A DNA stretch of 57,753 nt, taken from the NCBI GenBank assembly GCA_043811105.1, contig JBDRNK010000015.1, positions 1 to 57,753 of the forward strand, read 5' to 3'. The notes beneath the pieces were generated by a model, which was given only the letters and a program-made list of their open reading frames with translations, made no database searches and was not told where the DNA came from. Position numbers and translations under genes: made by a program. The stretch comes from Candidatus Uhrbacteria bacterium. GTDB taxonomy: Bacteria; Patescibacteriota; Patescibacteriia; UBA9934; CAZDDW01. Shown piece after piece: positions 8,871 through 17,123 of this stretch (positions within the stretch are counted from its first letter, which is position 1; the number at the start of each line of letters is the position of its first letter).

Positions 8871-9557
8871 GAAAAGATAGGACTCGGTTCTCAGGGTGTC
8901 CGGGAAACTGCATGCGGCCTTTTCTTGTCTGGCCGAACCTGCATCCCCGGAATGGTCCCTGATTACCGTTGCCCGGCATACCGACGCTCCACTAGTTGGA
9001 CGCGACTGTAGCCTGGCGGGTCGGTACCGAGTTCTGGTTAAGTAGTGAGCAGCCTCAGAAAGCTCACCATGTGTCGTATACACGCACTTCTTTGTGCTCG
9101 GCCGGACAGGAGCGAATACCTGACCGGTGCGAGTTCTAGGGGGCGTGGCATCCCCTGGAAGCTCACGAGGAGTGTGATCCATGTTTGTTAGCAGCCAGGG
9201 TACGTACTCTGGATTCGCCTGCTGATGAATACTTAACCGTTCTGGAGTTGGATGGAGCCGGTGTATTTCGCCCAGCATAGCCGCGGCTTATAAAAGCCGG
9301 CTTGCGGGTTTCACCGCAGGCCTCCACGGCGTCGCGTTGCGACTGCACCGGCTCTGTCCACTCCTTCCTTTGATCAGGGATTTCCCCTGATCTCAACCCC
9401 GCTGCGAAAGGACGTAACTCCGCAGCATAACTCCTCGTGATCACACTGGACCCGAATCACGAGCACATCTCAGGGTCCCGTTGGGTTCACCTAGTCATCG
9501 CGACCTGGATTCCCAACGTACCACACCTCCCCGGCCACGTAGTCGGGGAGGTTTTTT
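8871..9557 (+). ncRNA. candidate large structured ncRNA, class unknown (5' end approximate)
   Basis: G+C is visibly far above the flanks. Only Arg/Pro/Thr-rich shadow ORFs are present. There are many GC-rich hairpins and two long-range complements (details in findings). It ends in a canonical intrinsic terminator on the + strand only. Confidence 0.55.
9526..9557 (+). terminator. intrinsic terminator closing the 8871-9557 unit
   Basis: CCTCCCCG (9526-9533) pairs with CGGGGAGG (9544-9551), followed by TTTTTT (9552-9557). There is no T-run on the opposite strand. Confidence 0.8.
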
Positions 9558-9562
9558 ATTTA

Positions 9563-9631
9563 GTTATGAGTTTTGAGTTATGAGTTATGAGTTTTTTGAA
9601 GACTCACAACTCAAAACTCCAAACTCAAAAC
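9563..9631. repeat. imperfect 30-bp inverted repeat built from GAGTT/AACTC words
   Basis: Left arm GTTATGAGTTTTGAGTTATGAGTTATGAGT (9563-9592); right arm ACTCACAACTCAAAACTCCAAACTCAAAAC (9602-9631). Four mismatches. Confidence 0.7.
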
Positions 9632-9714
9632 TTTTCCACAACCGGTGTCTGACACCAGTTGGGGATAACTTGTATAACAAGCCAGTATCTTCTCTTTTTG
9701 GTATAATGAAACAG

Positions 9715-11010
9715 ATGTCAAAGAAACATATTATCCAGAATTATCAAAAACTTGCCACAACTAAGTTGCGCAAGGATGCTTTGAATATTGTTGAAGCTGG
9801 ATTACAAGCGATCAACACTAAACAGGTTGTTAATCAAGCAGTCAAGCTCAAAGGTTCAATTCTTAAGGTTCAAGGCCAGCGATATGATTTAAAGAAATTT
9901 AATCGTGTTTTTATTATCGGCGTAGGAAAGGCCTCATATGATGCCACCAAAGAACTTGAACGCATACTTGGATCCAAAATCACTGGCGGAATTGTGATTG
10001 ACCTCAAACCTGGAAAATTAAAGCGGCTTGAGTATGTTCAAGGAACCCATCCTTTGCCATCTGCTAAAAACATTCAGGCCACAAAGAAGATAATCGAGCT
10101 TTTAAATTTTTGCACTTCTCTTGATCTAATTATCACTATTGTTTCTGGTGGCGGATCAGCTTTACTGGCGCAACCTGTTCATTTGAACAGCAATCATTTA
10201 ATCAAGATTAATGATTATTTACTTCGGTCAGGTGCTTCTATCCATGAGATCAATACTGTGCGCAAGCATTTTTCTTTGATTAAGGGCGGACAGTTTGCAC
10301 GCTTTGCTCATCCAGCCACTTTGGTCGGACTTATTTTTTCAGATGTGCCAGGCGATGATTTAAGTGTGATTGCTTCTGGTCCGACAGTTATGGATAAGAC
10401 AACAGTACTTGATGCACAACGGATAATAAAGAAGTACAAGATATTTGATAAGTGCAAGGTTCCATATTCTGAACTCATTGAAACTCCAAAAGAAAAAAAA
10501 TATTTTAAGCGGGTGCAAAACTATTTGCTGGTTAATAATCAGGTTGCCACAGAAGCGATGCAACGAAAAGCTAAAGAGCTGGGGTATCGTGTATGTTTAT
10601 TATCAAATGAACTTGAAGGCGAGGCTTCAAAAGTGGGGGCTGATCTGGCTAAGCAGGCTAAACCCGGTCAAGCTTTAATTGCAGCTGGCGAGACCACGGT
10701 AACAGTTCGTGGAAAAGGCAAGGGAGGTCGGAATCAAGAGTTGATTCTAGGCTCGATCGCAAAATTGCCACCAGATACTCTAGTTTGTTCAGTCGCAAGC
10801 GATGGGATCGACAACACACCAGTGGCCGGAGCTTTTATTGATGAACAAGTTTTAGAATCAATTAAAACACGCAAGTTGGATCCAAAAACGGCGCTGAAAA
10901 CCAATGATTCATATCCGTTTTTTCAGAAATTAGAGTGTCAAATCAAGACTGGAAAAACTGGAGCGAACGTGTCGGATTTGATGTTGGTGTTGCGGGATCG
11001 ACAAGCGTAA
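9715..11010 (+). CDS. glycerate 2-kinase / hydroxypyruvate reductase family (DUF4147 + MOFRL)
   Basis: Motifs 'GVGKASYDA', 'HPLPS', 'VSGGGSALL' and 'AGETTVTVRGKGKGGRNQEL'. I moved the start to ATG 9715, 7 nt after TATAAT (9702-9707); the 9580 extension runs through the inverted repeat. Confidence 0.8.
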   Translation: MSKKHIIQNYQKLATTKLRKDALNIVEAGLQAINTKQVVNQAVKLKGSILKVQGQRYDLKKFNRVFIIGVGKASYDATKELERILGSKITGGIVIDLKPGKLKRLEYVQGTHPLPSAKNIQATKKIIELLNFCTSLDLIITIVSGGGSALLAQPVHLNSNHLIKINDYLLRSGASIHEINTVRKHFSLIKGGQFARFAHPATLVGLIFSDVPGDDLSVIASGPTVMDKTTVLDAQRIIKKYKIFDKCKVPYSELIETPKEKKYFKRVQNYLLVNNQVATEAMQRKAKELGYRVCLLSNELEGEASKVGADLAKQAKPGQALIAAGETTVTVRGKGKGGRNQELILGSIAKLPPDTLVCSVASDGIDNTPVAGAFIDEQVLESIKTRKLDPKTALKTNDSYPFFQKLECQIKTGKTGANVSDLMLVLRDRQA

Positions 11011-11017
11011 GCTTGTC
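10994..11017 (+). repeat. REP copy (variant stem) overlapping the glycerate kinase stop codon
   Basis: GGGATCGACAAGCGTAAGCTTGTC. The TAA in the GTAAG loop (11008-11010) is the gene's stop codon. Confidence 0.75.
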
Positions 11018-11154
11018 ATTTAAATACACCTGTTGATAGCTTACTAGCCAATAAGCTTAAAATAAGCTAGACTATACTTGTGATAAGCTTGGCTTGTGGA
11101 TAACCAGGCTTAAGCACCCTTAAATACATAATAAATCACTTAAATAAGATAAAT

Positions 11155-11340
11155 ATGGGAGATGACAAGTACGCCGGCACAATCGGTTATTGTGTCAAAT
11201 GCAAAGAAAAAAGAGAGATGAAGGATGCAGAGAAAGTAGATATGCCAGCAAAGGGTGGTGGAACACGTCCAGCGTTGAAGGGAAAGTGTTCTGTCTGTGA
11301 CTGTGGAATGTTTAAGATTCTACCTAAGTCAGAGGCATAA
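11155..11340 (+). CDS. DUF5679-like zinc-ribbon mini-protein
   Basis: 61 aa with 'CVKCKEKREMKD...KGKCSVCDCGMFKIL', a four-Cys ribbon that resembles the DUF5679 family from memory. Confidence 0.65.
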   Translation: MGDDKYAGTIGYCVKCKEKREMKDAEKVDMPAKGGGTRPALKGKCSVCDCGMFKILPKSEA

Positions 11341-11346
11341 GAAGAA

Positions 11347-11379
11347 AGTTTCAAGTTTCAAGTAACAAGTTTCAAGTAA
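11347..11379. repeat. direct word repeat (AGTTTCAAGT x3)
   Basis: AGTTTCAAGTTTCAAGTAACAAGTTTCAAGTAA, read directly from the sequence. Confidence 0.7.
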
Positions 11380-11417
11380 AAAACAGCTCGGGTAAGCGCC
11401 TTGAGCTGTTTTTGTTT
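11380..11417. terminator. bidirectional intrinsic terminator
   Basis: ACAGCTC (11383-11389) pairs with GAGCTGT (11403-11409). An A-run precedes and a T-run follows. It sits between convergent genes. Confidence 0.7.
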
Positions 11418-12086
11418 TTAGAATCCTAGACCGGTTACCAAGCGCAAGCTGTGTGCACTGGTTTCTGGTACAAGATAGTATTGAAGTTCTGTGTGAAAAG
11501 GACCAAAGGTTGTTCCAATGTGTGGGCCAAGGATGATGCTCTGGTATACTTGCTCAGCTTGTAGACCAACGTTCAAGTATGGCTTGATCAGGTATGAAGC
11601 TTTGTAAAAACAGTAGAGTTCGGCTTGTTTAAGTTCGTGGTTAAAGTAACCATCGATTTGAGCCGAGATTTCCAGACGCTCTTGTTCAAACGAGAATTCG
11701 ATCCAAAGCGAGGCAATGAATCCAGGGGCTGGCTTTGTTTCGATTTCTCCGTTTACCTTGAACTCGTATTCAAACCAGCCGTTTACCAGACCGATCATTG
11801 GTGAGATCGTTACCCAGTCAGCTGGTAGGAACGAGGGTCCAAAGTAGGCGTAGCCGAGACTGTCTTTGCTTGAGCTGTTGCCAAAGTAGATCAGGGTAGC
11901 TGTGATAGCCAGACGGTCCTGAATCACAGGAACCTGAGTTGCCAAGTACGGCTGGATTTCGAACCCAGCCCAAGCCAACGGATTTTCACTGGCTGCAGAA
12001 ACTGAGACATTGTCTTCTTGAGCAGCAGTTACATTTGCAGAAATCACTAAAAGTGAAAGCACGAGGATGAGTATAGTAAACTTCAT
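11418..12086 (-). CDS. secreted hypothetical protein (beta-rich)
   Basis: Signal peptide 'MKFTILILVLSLLVISANVTAAQ'. AGGAGGAAACA lies directly before the ATG. TTGACA-N17-TAAGGT sits upstream on the minus strand (about 12104-12133). Confidence 0.65.
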   Translation of the reverse strand: MKFTILILVLSLLVISANVTAAQEDNVSVSAASENPLAWAGFEIQPYLATQVPVIQDRLAITATLIYFGNSSSKDSLGYAYFGPSFLPADWVTISPMIGLVNGWFEYEFKVNGEIETKPAPGFIASLWIEFSFEQERLEISAQIDGYFNHELKQAELYCFYKASYLIKPYLNVGLQAEQVYQSIILGPHIGTTFGPFHTELQYYLVPETSAHSLRLVTGLGF

Positions 12087-12153
12087 TGTTTCCTCCTTGT
12101 CAGCACCTTAGCTGTCTTTAAGCTTGTTGTCAAAATTATCCACAACAAAAAAT

Positions 12154-12170
12154 CCAACCTTAAAGGTTGG
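12154..12170. promoter_or_regulatory. second copy of the CCAACCTT(T/A)AAGGTTGG palindrome
   Basis: CCAACCTTAAAGGTTGG, in the divergent intergenic region between 12086 and 12419. Confidence 0.4.
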
Positions 12171-12241
12171 GTAATATTGAATCTACTCGGTTCGTGGTTT
12201 TTATATTGACAGAATCGATAAATCTGTTAATATATCCAGCC

Positions 12242-12270
12242 TCTACAGATTCTAGAAAATAAGCTATAAT
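12242..12270 (+). promoter_or_regulatory. promoter of leader copy 1
   Basis: TATAAT (12265-12270) with a weak -35 TCTACA at N17. A second candidate, TTGACA (12206-12211)-N16-TAATAT, lies further upstream. Confidence 0.5.
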
Positions 12271-12279
12271 ATACACGAT

Positions 12280-12312
12280 ATGCCCGGTAGTACAACTTTG
12301 AATATTAAGTAG
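12280..12312 (+). CDS. leaderless mini-ORF MPGSTTLNIK (copy 1)
   Basis: The ATG lies 9 nt after the -10 box. The peptide and nucleotides are conserved with the 17943 copy (MPGRKTLNFR...). Confidence 0.35.
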   Translation: MPGSTTLNIK

Positions 12313-12418
12313 CCGGGTGTAAATAAACAGGGTTGCTAAAAACCAACAAAGGCTTTTATTCTTAGCATCTATTATTAAGACAACTTGAGTCCAAAAATTC
12401 AAAGTTGTACTACCGGGT
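12280..12418 (+). promoter_or_regulatory. structured 5' leader, copy 1 (candidate cis-regulatory RNA)
   Basis: 12283-12302 is the perfect reverse complement of 12398-12417. The helix ends 1 nt before the main ATG 12419. A homologous copy lies at 17943-18079. Confidence 0.55.
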
Positions 12419-13987
12419 ATGAGCAAACAGCTCGAAAAACTTATTTCAGCTATTGCTGAAGGACACACAGACCCAACCCCGCCTAAAGGCGAGGTTATTT
12501 CAGTTGATGAAACCGTTTCCAAAGCCGCATCGATTTATGAATCTGTGCGCAACACCCTTGAGTATGACGAAGTACATCGCTTACGCAGTAATGCGATCCG
12601 TCGCATTCTTAAGCGTCATCTTGATGGTGAAGAAGATATGTATGAGGTGGCTCGAGATTTGCTTCATGAATTGATCTGGGCCGGGTATTTGCCAAACAAT
12701 CAGATCGCCACTTCTGTAATCAATGAGTTAGCCGATGTTTTGGGTAAATACAGAAAACTGTTTCAAGTAGCCGGAAAACAAAAAGCTGATCCTGAGGAAA
12801 TGTCAGCTTGGTTACTGGACCTGTTATCAACTGAGGTTGAATATTTGATCAATCCTCCGCTTGAAGCAGAGGGGCTGGCAACTTATGCCTATACCGTAGC
12901 CAAATCTAAGATTGAGTGGAAATCCAGCTTGATAAGAAAAGAGGATCGCGAGATGCAACTGTTTTTGGCTATATACCGAACGTTGCTTCGTTCAAATATT
13001 GCGAGTTTGCGATATCGGGTATTTTTGCTGTTTTATCCTGAATGGCCAAAAGCTAGTCAGGCTTTGATTGAAGATATTGCTGGTAATCTGAGCAAGGTTC
13101 ATGATCATGTAGAAACCCAAGTTAATCATCCGGCCGCTGATTCCCTTAATCGTTTAGTTCGTCGTTATGTGATCATGTTTAATGTTTTGCATGACGTTAT
13201 TGTTAAGGATCCGGAACAAGCAATTGATACCCTAAGTACTGAGGCAGGTCTGAAAAAGGCAGTTAATCAAGCAGCAGCAACTCGATATAAAGATTTTTAT
13301 TCCAGAACCCGGCGCGGAATTATTCGAGCAGTAATTTTCTTGTTTTTTACTAAAATGTTGCTGGCTCTAGTTATCGAGCTACCTTATGATGTGGTTGTGC
13401 TTCAGACTACAAATTATATCCCTTTAATTACCAATATTATCTTTTTCCCAATCTTGCTGGGAATAATTGGAATGACCGTGTCTATTCCACAAAAAAAGAA
13501 CACGGAAATGATTTTTTCAACTTTAAAGGCTGTGCTTTATGGAGAAGGGGATATGTCGCTGGTTTATCGAACCAAACGTCCTTGGCGTTCAACTGCTGGA
13601 CGGATTTTTGATATCTTGTACCTGCTGATGTTTATTGTCTCCTATGGGTTGATTGCCTATGCTTTATATAAGGTTGATTTTAACACTTTGTCGATTTTCA
13701 TTTTCTTGTTCTTCTTGTCCTTGGTTATGTTCTTTGGGGTGCGAATTCGTATGACCAAACGTGATTTGTTGATTGTTAAGGGTCGTGGAGGAATTGGTGC
13801 TGCTTTATTCGATTTTTACTTTTTACCGATTATTCGGGCTGGACGCTGGATGGCTTTACGAGCACCGCGGATTAATGTCTTTTTGTTCTTCTTAGATTAT
13901 ATTGTTGAAGCACCGTTTAAAATGGCAATTGCTTTAATTGAGGGTTGGTTAGCGTTTATTCGGGAAAAGAAAGAGGAGATTGAGTAA
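12419..13987 (+). CDS. hypothetical protein: soluble N-terminal half plus polytopic membrane C-terminal half
   Basis: 522 aa with several hydrophobic helices after about residue 300. I did not recognise a family motif. Confidence 0.7.
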   Translation: MSKQLEKLISAIAEGHTDPTPPKGEVISVDETVSKAASIYESVRNTLEYDEVHRLRSNAIRRILKRHLDGEEDMYEVARDLLHELIWAGYLPNNQIATSVINELADVLGKYRKLFQVAGKQKADPEEMSAWLLDLLSTEVEYLINPPLEAEGLATYAYTVAKSKIEWKSSLIRKEDREMQLFLAIYRTLLRSNIASLRYRVFLLFYPEWPKASQALIEDIAGNLSKVHDHVETQVNHPAADSLNRLVRRYVIMFNVLHDVIVKDPEQAIDTLSTEAGLKKAVNQAAATRYKDFYSRTRRGIIRAVIFLFFTKMLLALVIELPYDVVVLQTTNYIPLITNIIFFPILLGIIGMTVSIPQKKNTEMIFSTLKAVLYGEGDMSLVYRTKRPWRSTAGRIFDILYLLMFIVSYGLIAYALYKVDFNTLSIFIFLFFLSLVMFFGVRIRMTKRDLLIVKGRGGIGAALFDFYFLPIIRAGRWMALRAPRINVFLFFLDYIVEAPFKMAIALIEGWLAFIREKKEEIE

Positions 13988-14236
13988 TCTTACTGGTCAG
14001 CCATGGGACTCAGACATCCTTTTTGTTCAGAGCACTCGGCCAGGCCAGAGTTTATCCTGTAAGAAAGGTTTCTGGCCTTGTTCGAGTTCCGCTGGACCAC
14101 AACCTATTATTATCATCCTGATCATTGGGTAGTGGGTCCAGCTCCACATGTCGTCACAAAAAGGATATCTTCGTCCTTTATAATGGCTGGCCGTCAATTC
14201 AGACCCTTTCTACCCTCTACCTTCTACTTTCAACTT

Positions 14237-15226
14237 ATGCGTAAACTTCGTAAAACTGATTTTATATTCTTGGGGGCAATGCTGGTCGGCATTTTTTTTA
14301 TTGCTTTATTTGGTTTGTTACGAAATGATTCTGAACAAGAGCTTGGAGTAACTTTTAGTGTTGCCTATGCCGAAGAGCTTGGTTTGAATCCGGGCGATGT
14401 GTTTATTGGGTTGTTAGATGAGGTTGGAGTACGTAAGTTCCGATTCCCGGTTTACTGGGATCGGATTGAAATAGCTCGTGGTCAATATGACTGGGGAGAA
14501 TTAGATTGGTATCTTTGGCAAGCCTCGATGCGTGATGATGTTGAGATAACTCTTGCTATTGGACAAAAAGTTCCACGCTGGCCAGAGTGCTGGTTACCAG
14601 ACTGGTTTGGACAAATATCAGAATCTGGACAAGCACAGGCAGTGTTAGAAATGATATCAGCCGTGGTGTCTCACATTGGATCAAATCCGGTTGTGGTTCG
14701 TTGGCAAGTAGAAAACGAGCCGTTTTTAGCTTTTGGTGAAGGTTGTCCGGCAATTACTTCAGAACGGCTGAATCAAGAAATTGATCTGGTTCGATCGCTT
14801 GATGATCGACCAATTCAGTTAACAGCCAGCGGTGAACAAGAGCCTTGGTTGGATATGGCAGTCCGAGCCGATGTGCTAGGAGTATCAATGTATCGCTTGG
14901 TTTACGATCAAATTGCGGGATTTGCTTTTTATCCGCTTAGTCCGGAATATTATCGAACCAAAGCTGGAGCCGCAGAACTTTTAGCTGATCAAGTGATTGT
15001 TTCCGAACTCCAGGCCGAACCATGGTTTTATAAGCCGATTGAAGAATTTAGTCTTGAGGAACAATATCAATCATTTGATGTCCAGGCGTTTCAGGACAAT
15101 GTTAAGTTTTCAGAACAGACCGGTTTAGACGAATCATATCTTTGGGGAGCTGAGTGGTGGTATTTTATGAAACAAGCTGGAGACGATCGGCACTGGGAAG
15201 CTGCCAAAGAGTTGTTTTATGAGTGA
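14237..15226 (+). CDS. membrane-anchored glycoside hydrolase, clan GH-A (cellulase-like)
   Basis: 'VVRWQVENEPF' matches the acid/base NEP motif of (beta/alpha)8 glycosidases. N-terminal TM anchor. I moved the start to ATG 14237, downstream of TATAAT (14179-14184). Confidence 0.6.
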   Translation: MRKLRKTDFIFLGAMLVGIFFIALFGLLRNDSEQELGVTFSVAYAEELGLNPGDVFIGLLDEVGVRKFRFPVYWDRIEIARGQYDWGELDWYLWQASMRDDVEITLAIGQKVPRWPECWLPDWFGQISESGQAQAVLEMISAVVSHIGSNPVVVRWQVENEPFLAFGEGCPAITSERLNQEIDLVRSLDDRPIQLTASGEQEPWLDMAVRADVLGVSMYRLVYDQIAGFAFYPLSPEYYRTKAGAAELLADQVIVSELQAEPWFYKPIEEFSLEEQYQSFDVQAFQDNVKFSEQTGLDESYLWGAEWWYFMKQAGDDRHWEAAKELFYE

Positions 15227-17123
15227 GAAATATAAACCAGAAAATCCTGAACAAGACAAATCAATTCAGGCAGCCCAAGAACTGCAACAAGTTTTAGAGT
15301 CTCATAGAATGTTGCGTGAACGATTAGAAATTGAAATGCCAATAATAGAGCGCTCAGTCCGTATTTTAGCTGATGTAACAAATGATATGAGAACCGTTGA
15401 AGATTATTTTAATAACCCGCTTGGTTATGTCTTTTATCTAAAACTGTCTCGAGCCGGCTTTCCAAAGTCACCTAAATTGTTTCTTGATGCCATAAATTCA
15501 GAACTAGGAAAAGAGTTTGTTCAAGCAAGTGCGAAAGAGAAAAGAATAATGGTTGATCAAATGGGTGATCAGCAAAGACAAACAATAAGTGAAAAATATT
15601 GTTATCAGGGCAGGGAGATATATCAAGCAGCAGAGAGGCTAGGAAAAACACTACTTGGTAAATGGTTTAGTAATACTAATCATGACTGGGAACAACAATA
15701 TGGTTCTTACAATTGTTTTGTTCACAAAGAACCAGATGCGGAAACAAAAAGGGCTGTTATGGATATGCTTGATAATGTTAGCTTTGAAGGGTTGGAAATA
15801 GAACCGGCCCAAGTTGGACATTATTATGATACCTTCGTTCATGTTGAGCGAGGAATAAATACAGACGCCTTTCGTGCGTTATTGGGAGATGATTATCAAG
15901 AGAGATTACTGACTGTTATACCAGCAGATTTTAGGCAGGATCTAAACTCTTTGTCTGTTCTGGGACAATTACCATCAAGTAAGCTTTCTCAATCTTCTGC
16001 GGAACACCTGTATAAACTAAAAGTCGCGGCAACCTATAATCCAGAGGCGAAGGCTATTAGTCTTTTGGCTGATCCTGAGGCGGTTACGGTTTCAAGTATT
16101 CATCGAGATTTATTTCACGAAGCCCTTCATCATGTTAGTCATGACAAATTAACGGCTGAAATGTTACAGGCAAAAGCTGATTTTATTAAATCTGTGGCTC
16201 AATCTGCCAATCATTTTACATACTATATTCCATTAACCAACGCTCGATTTGATCATGTTTCTGGACTTGAAGAAGATTTTGTAGAAACCCTGGCCTGGTT
16301 TTTTACTAATCCGGAAATGCTTAAGAAAAAGAATCTGGAAAGATATCAAGCGGCTGAGCAAATATGTGCCAAGATATTTCCGAATCTTGATGTTCAAGAG
16401 GAGCGTCAGAAGATCAGAGTACGTAACAAAGAGGGGCGTAGGCGTTTTCTCAGTGACCCAACTTTGGTTAAACGTAGATTCGAGACTGAATTTGCTCGTG
16501 AACAGTCACTTTCGATTACTGCTATTTTTCCAACTATTAGTTATAGAACAATGGATTATCATACAATAAAAGGAAGACCAAATGAGTCTAGGGTCAGAAA
16601 AGTACCGCTATCTAATGACATAAGCAATACAATTGATTTGGTTTCCGAGTTTGATCAAAAAGGCCGTCTAAAGCAAGAATATTGTGCAAATGATCAGGTA
16701 AAAGTTTTTTGTGATCCTGAATACGATGAGCAAGGAAGGTTACTTTCCTTTACTTCTCAGGTAATGCAAACCCAAACCTTTTATGAGTATCAAGGCTCAG
16801 ATAAATATCCAAACAAAGCTACTTATGTTAGTAAGGGGGTGGCGGTTTATGAAAGTAACTTTGAGCACCAGGGCGACACTATTGTTGAAACACCGCAGGG
16901 TTTAGCCGGTCAATTACCAGAACAGAAATTAGTGTATAAGATAAAGTATGGGCGTATTAAATCTGTGCGCGGCCAGCTTCAGGGACAAGATGTTTTTCGT
17001 ATGGTTTGTGAATACGATCAACAAGGTAGAATTAGTAGCAAAACCTATGTAGATGAGTATGATCGAACGCTTTTAGAATATAATTATCCATACAAAGAAC
17101 AAAAACATGAACATGCAGCCTGA
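15219..17123 (+). CDS. hypothetical protein with an HExxH motif and C-terminal YD-type repeats
   Basis: 'FHEALHHVSHD' (HExxH). 'YDEQGRLLSF' and 'YDQQGRISSKTY' are YD/RHS-like repeats. Confidence 0.6.
   Translation: MSEKYKPENPEQDKSIQAAQELQQVLESHRMLRERLEIEMPIIERSVRILADVTNDMRTVEDYFNNPLGYVFYLKLSRAGFPKSPKLFLDAINSELGKEFVQASAKEKRIMVDQMGDQQRQTISEKYCYQGREIYQAAERLGKTLLGKWFSNTNHDWEQQYGSYNCFVHKEPDAETKRAVMDMLDNVSFEGLEIEPAQVGHYYDTFVHVERGINTDAFRALLGDDYQERLLTVIPADFRQDLNSLSVLGQLPSSKLSQSSAEHLYKLKVAATYNPEAKAISLLADPEAVTVSSIHRDLFHEALHHVSHDKLTAEMLQAKADFIKSVAQSANHFTYYIPLTNARFDHVSGLEEDFVETLAWFFTNPEMLKKKNLERYQAAEQICAKIFPNLDVQEERQKIRVRNKEGRRRFLSDPTLVKRRFETEFAREQSLSITAIFPTISYRTMDYHTIKGRPNESRVRKVPLSNDISNTIDLVSEFDQKGRLKQEYCANDQVKVFCDPEYDEQGRLLSFTSQVMQTQTFYEYQGSDKYPNKATYVSKGVAVYESNFEHQGDTIVETPQGLAGQLPEQKLVYKIKYGRIKSVRGQLQGQDVFRMVCEYDQQGRISSKTYVDEYDRTLLEYNYPYKEQKHEHAA

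Noticed and set aside
8771-9444. ORFs 8771-8962 (+), 8826-9278 (-) and 9163-9444 (-) inside the GC-rich region
   Set aside because: Their translations are Arg/Pro/Thr/Ser-rich with no RBS. They cross multiple strong hairpins. The region is better explained as structured RNA, or possibly decayed DNA.
9640-9668. CCACAACCGGTGTCTGACACCAGTTGGGG as another REP copy
   Set aside because: It has a GGTGTC/GACACC palindrome reminiscent of REP stems, but it lacks the GGGAnnGAC foot and the GTAAG/CTTAC loop. Too divergent to call.
9580-9714. N-terminal extension of the glycerate kinase ORF (start at 9580)
   Set aside because: The extension translates the GAGTT-word inverted repeat. A TATAAT box at 9702-9707 places the transcript start just before ATG 9715, where family-like sequence begins.
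9563-11380. CRISPR array among the short repeated words
   Set aside because: The repeats are contiguous words of 6-10 nt without unique spacers of regular length. No cas genes are nearby.
12160-12522. Minus-strand 120-aa ORF
   Set aside because: It runs through the promoter, the conserved leader and the start of the 12419 gene. It has no signals, so it is probably an AT-rich chance ORF.
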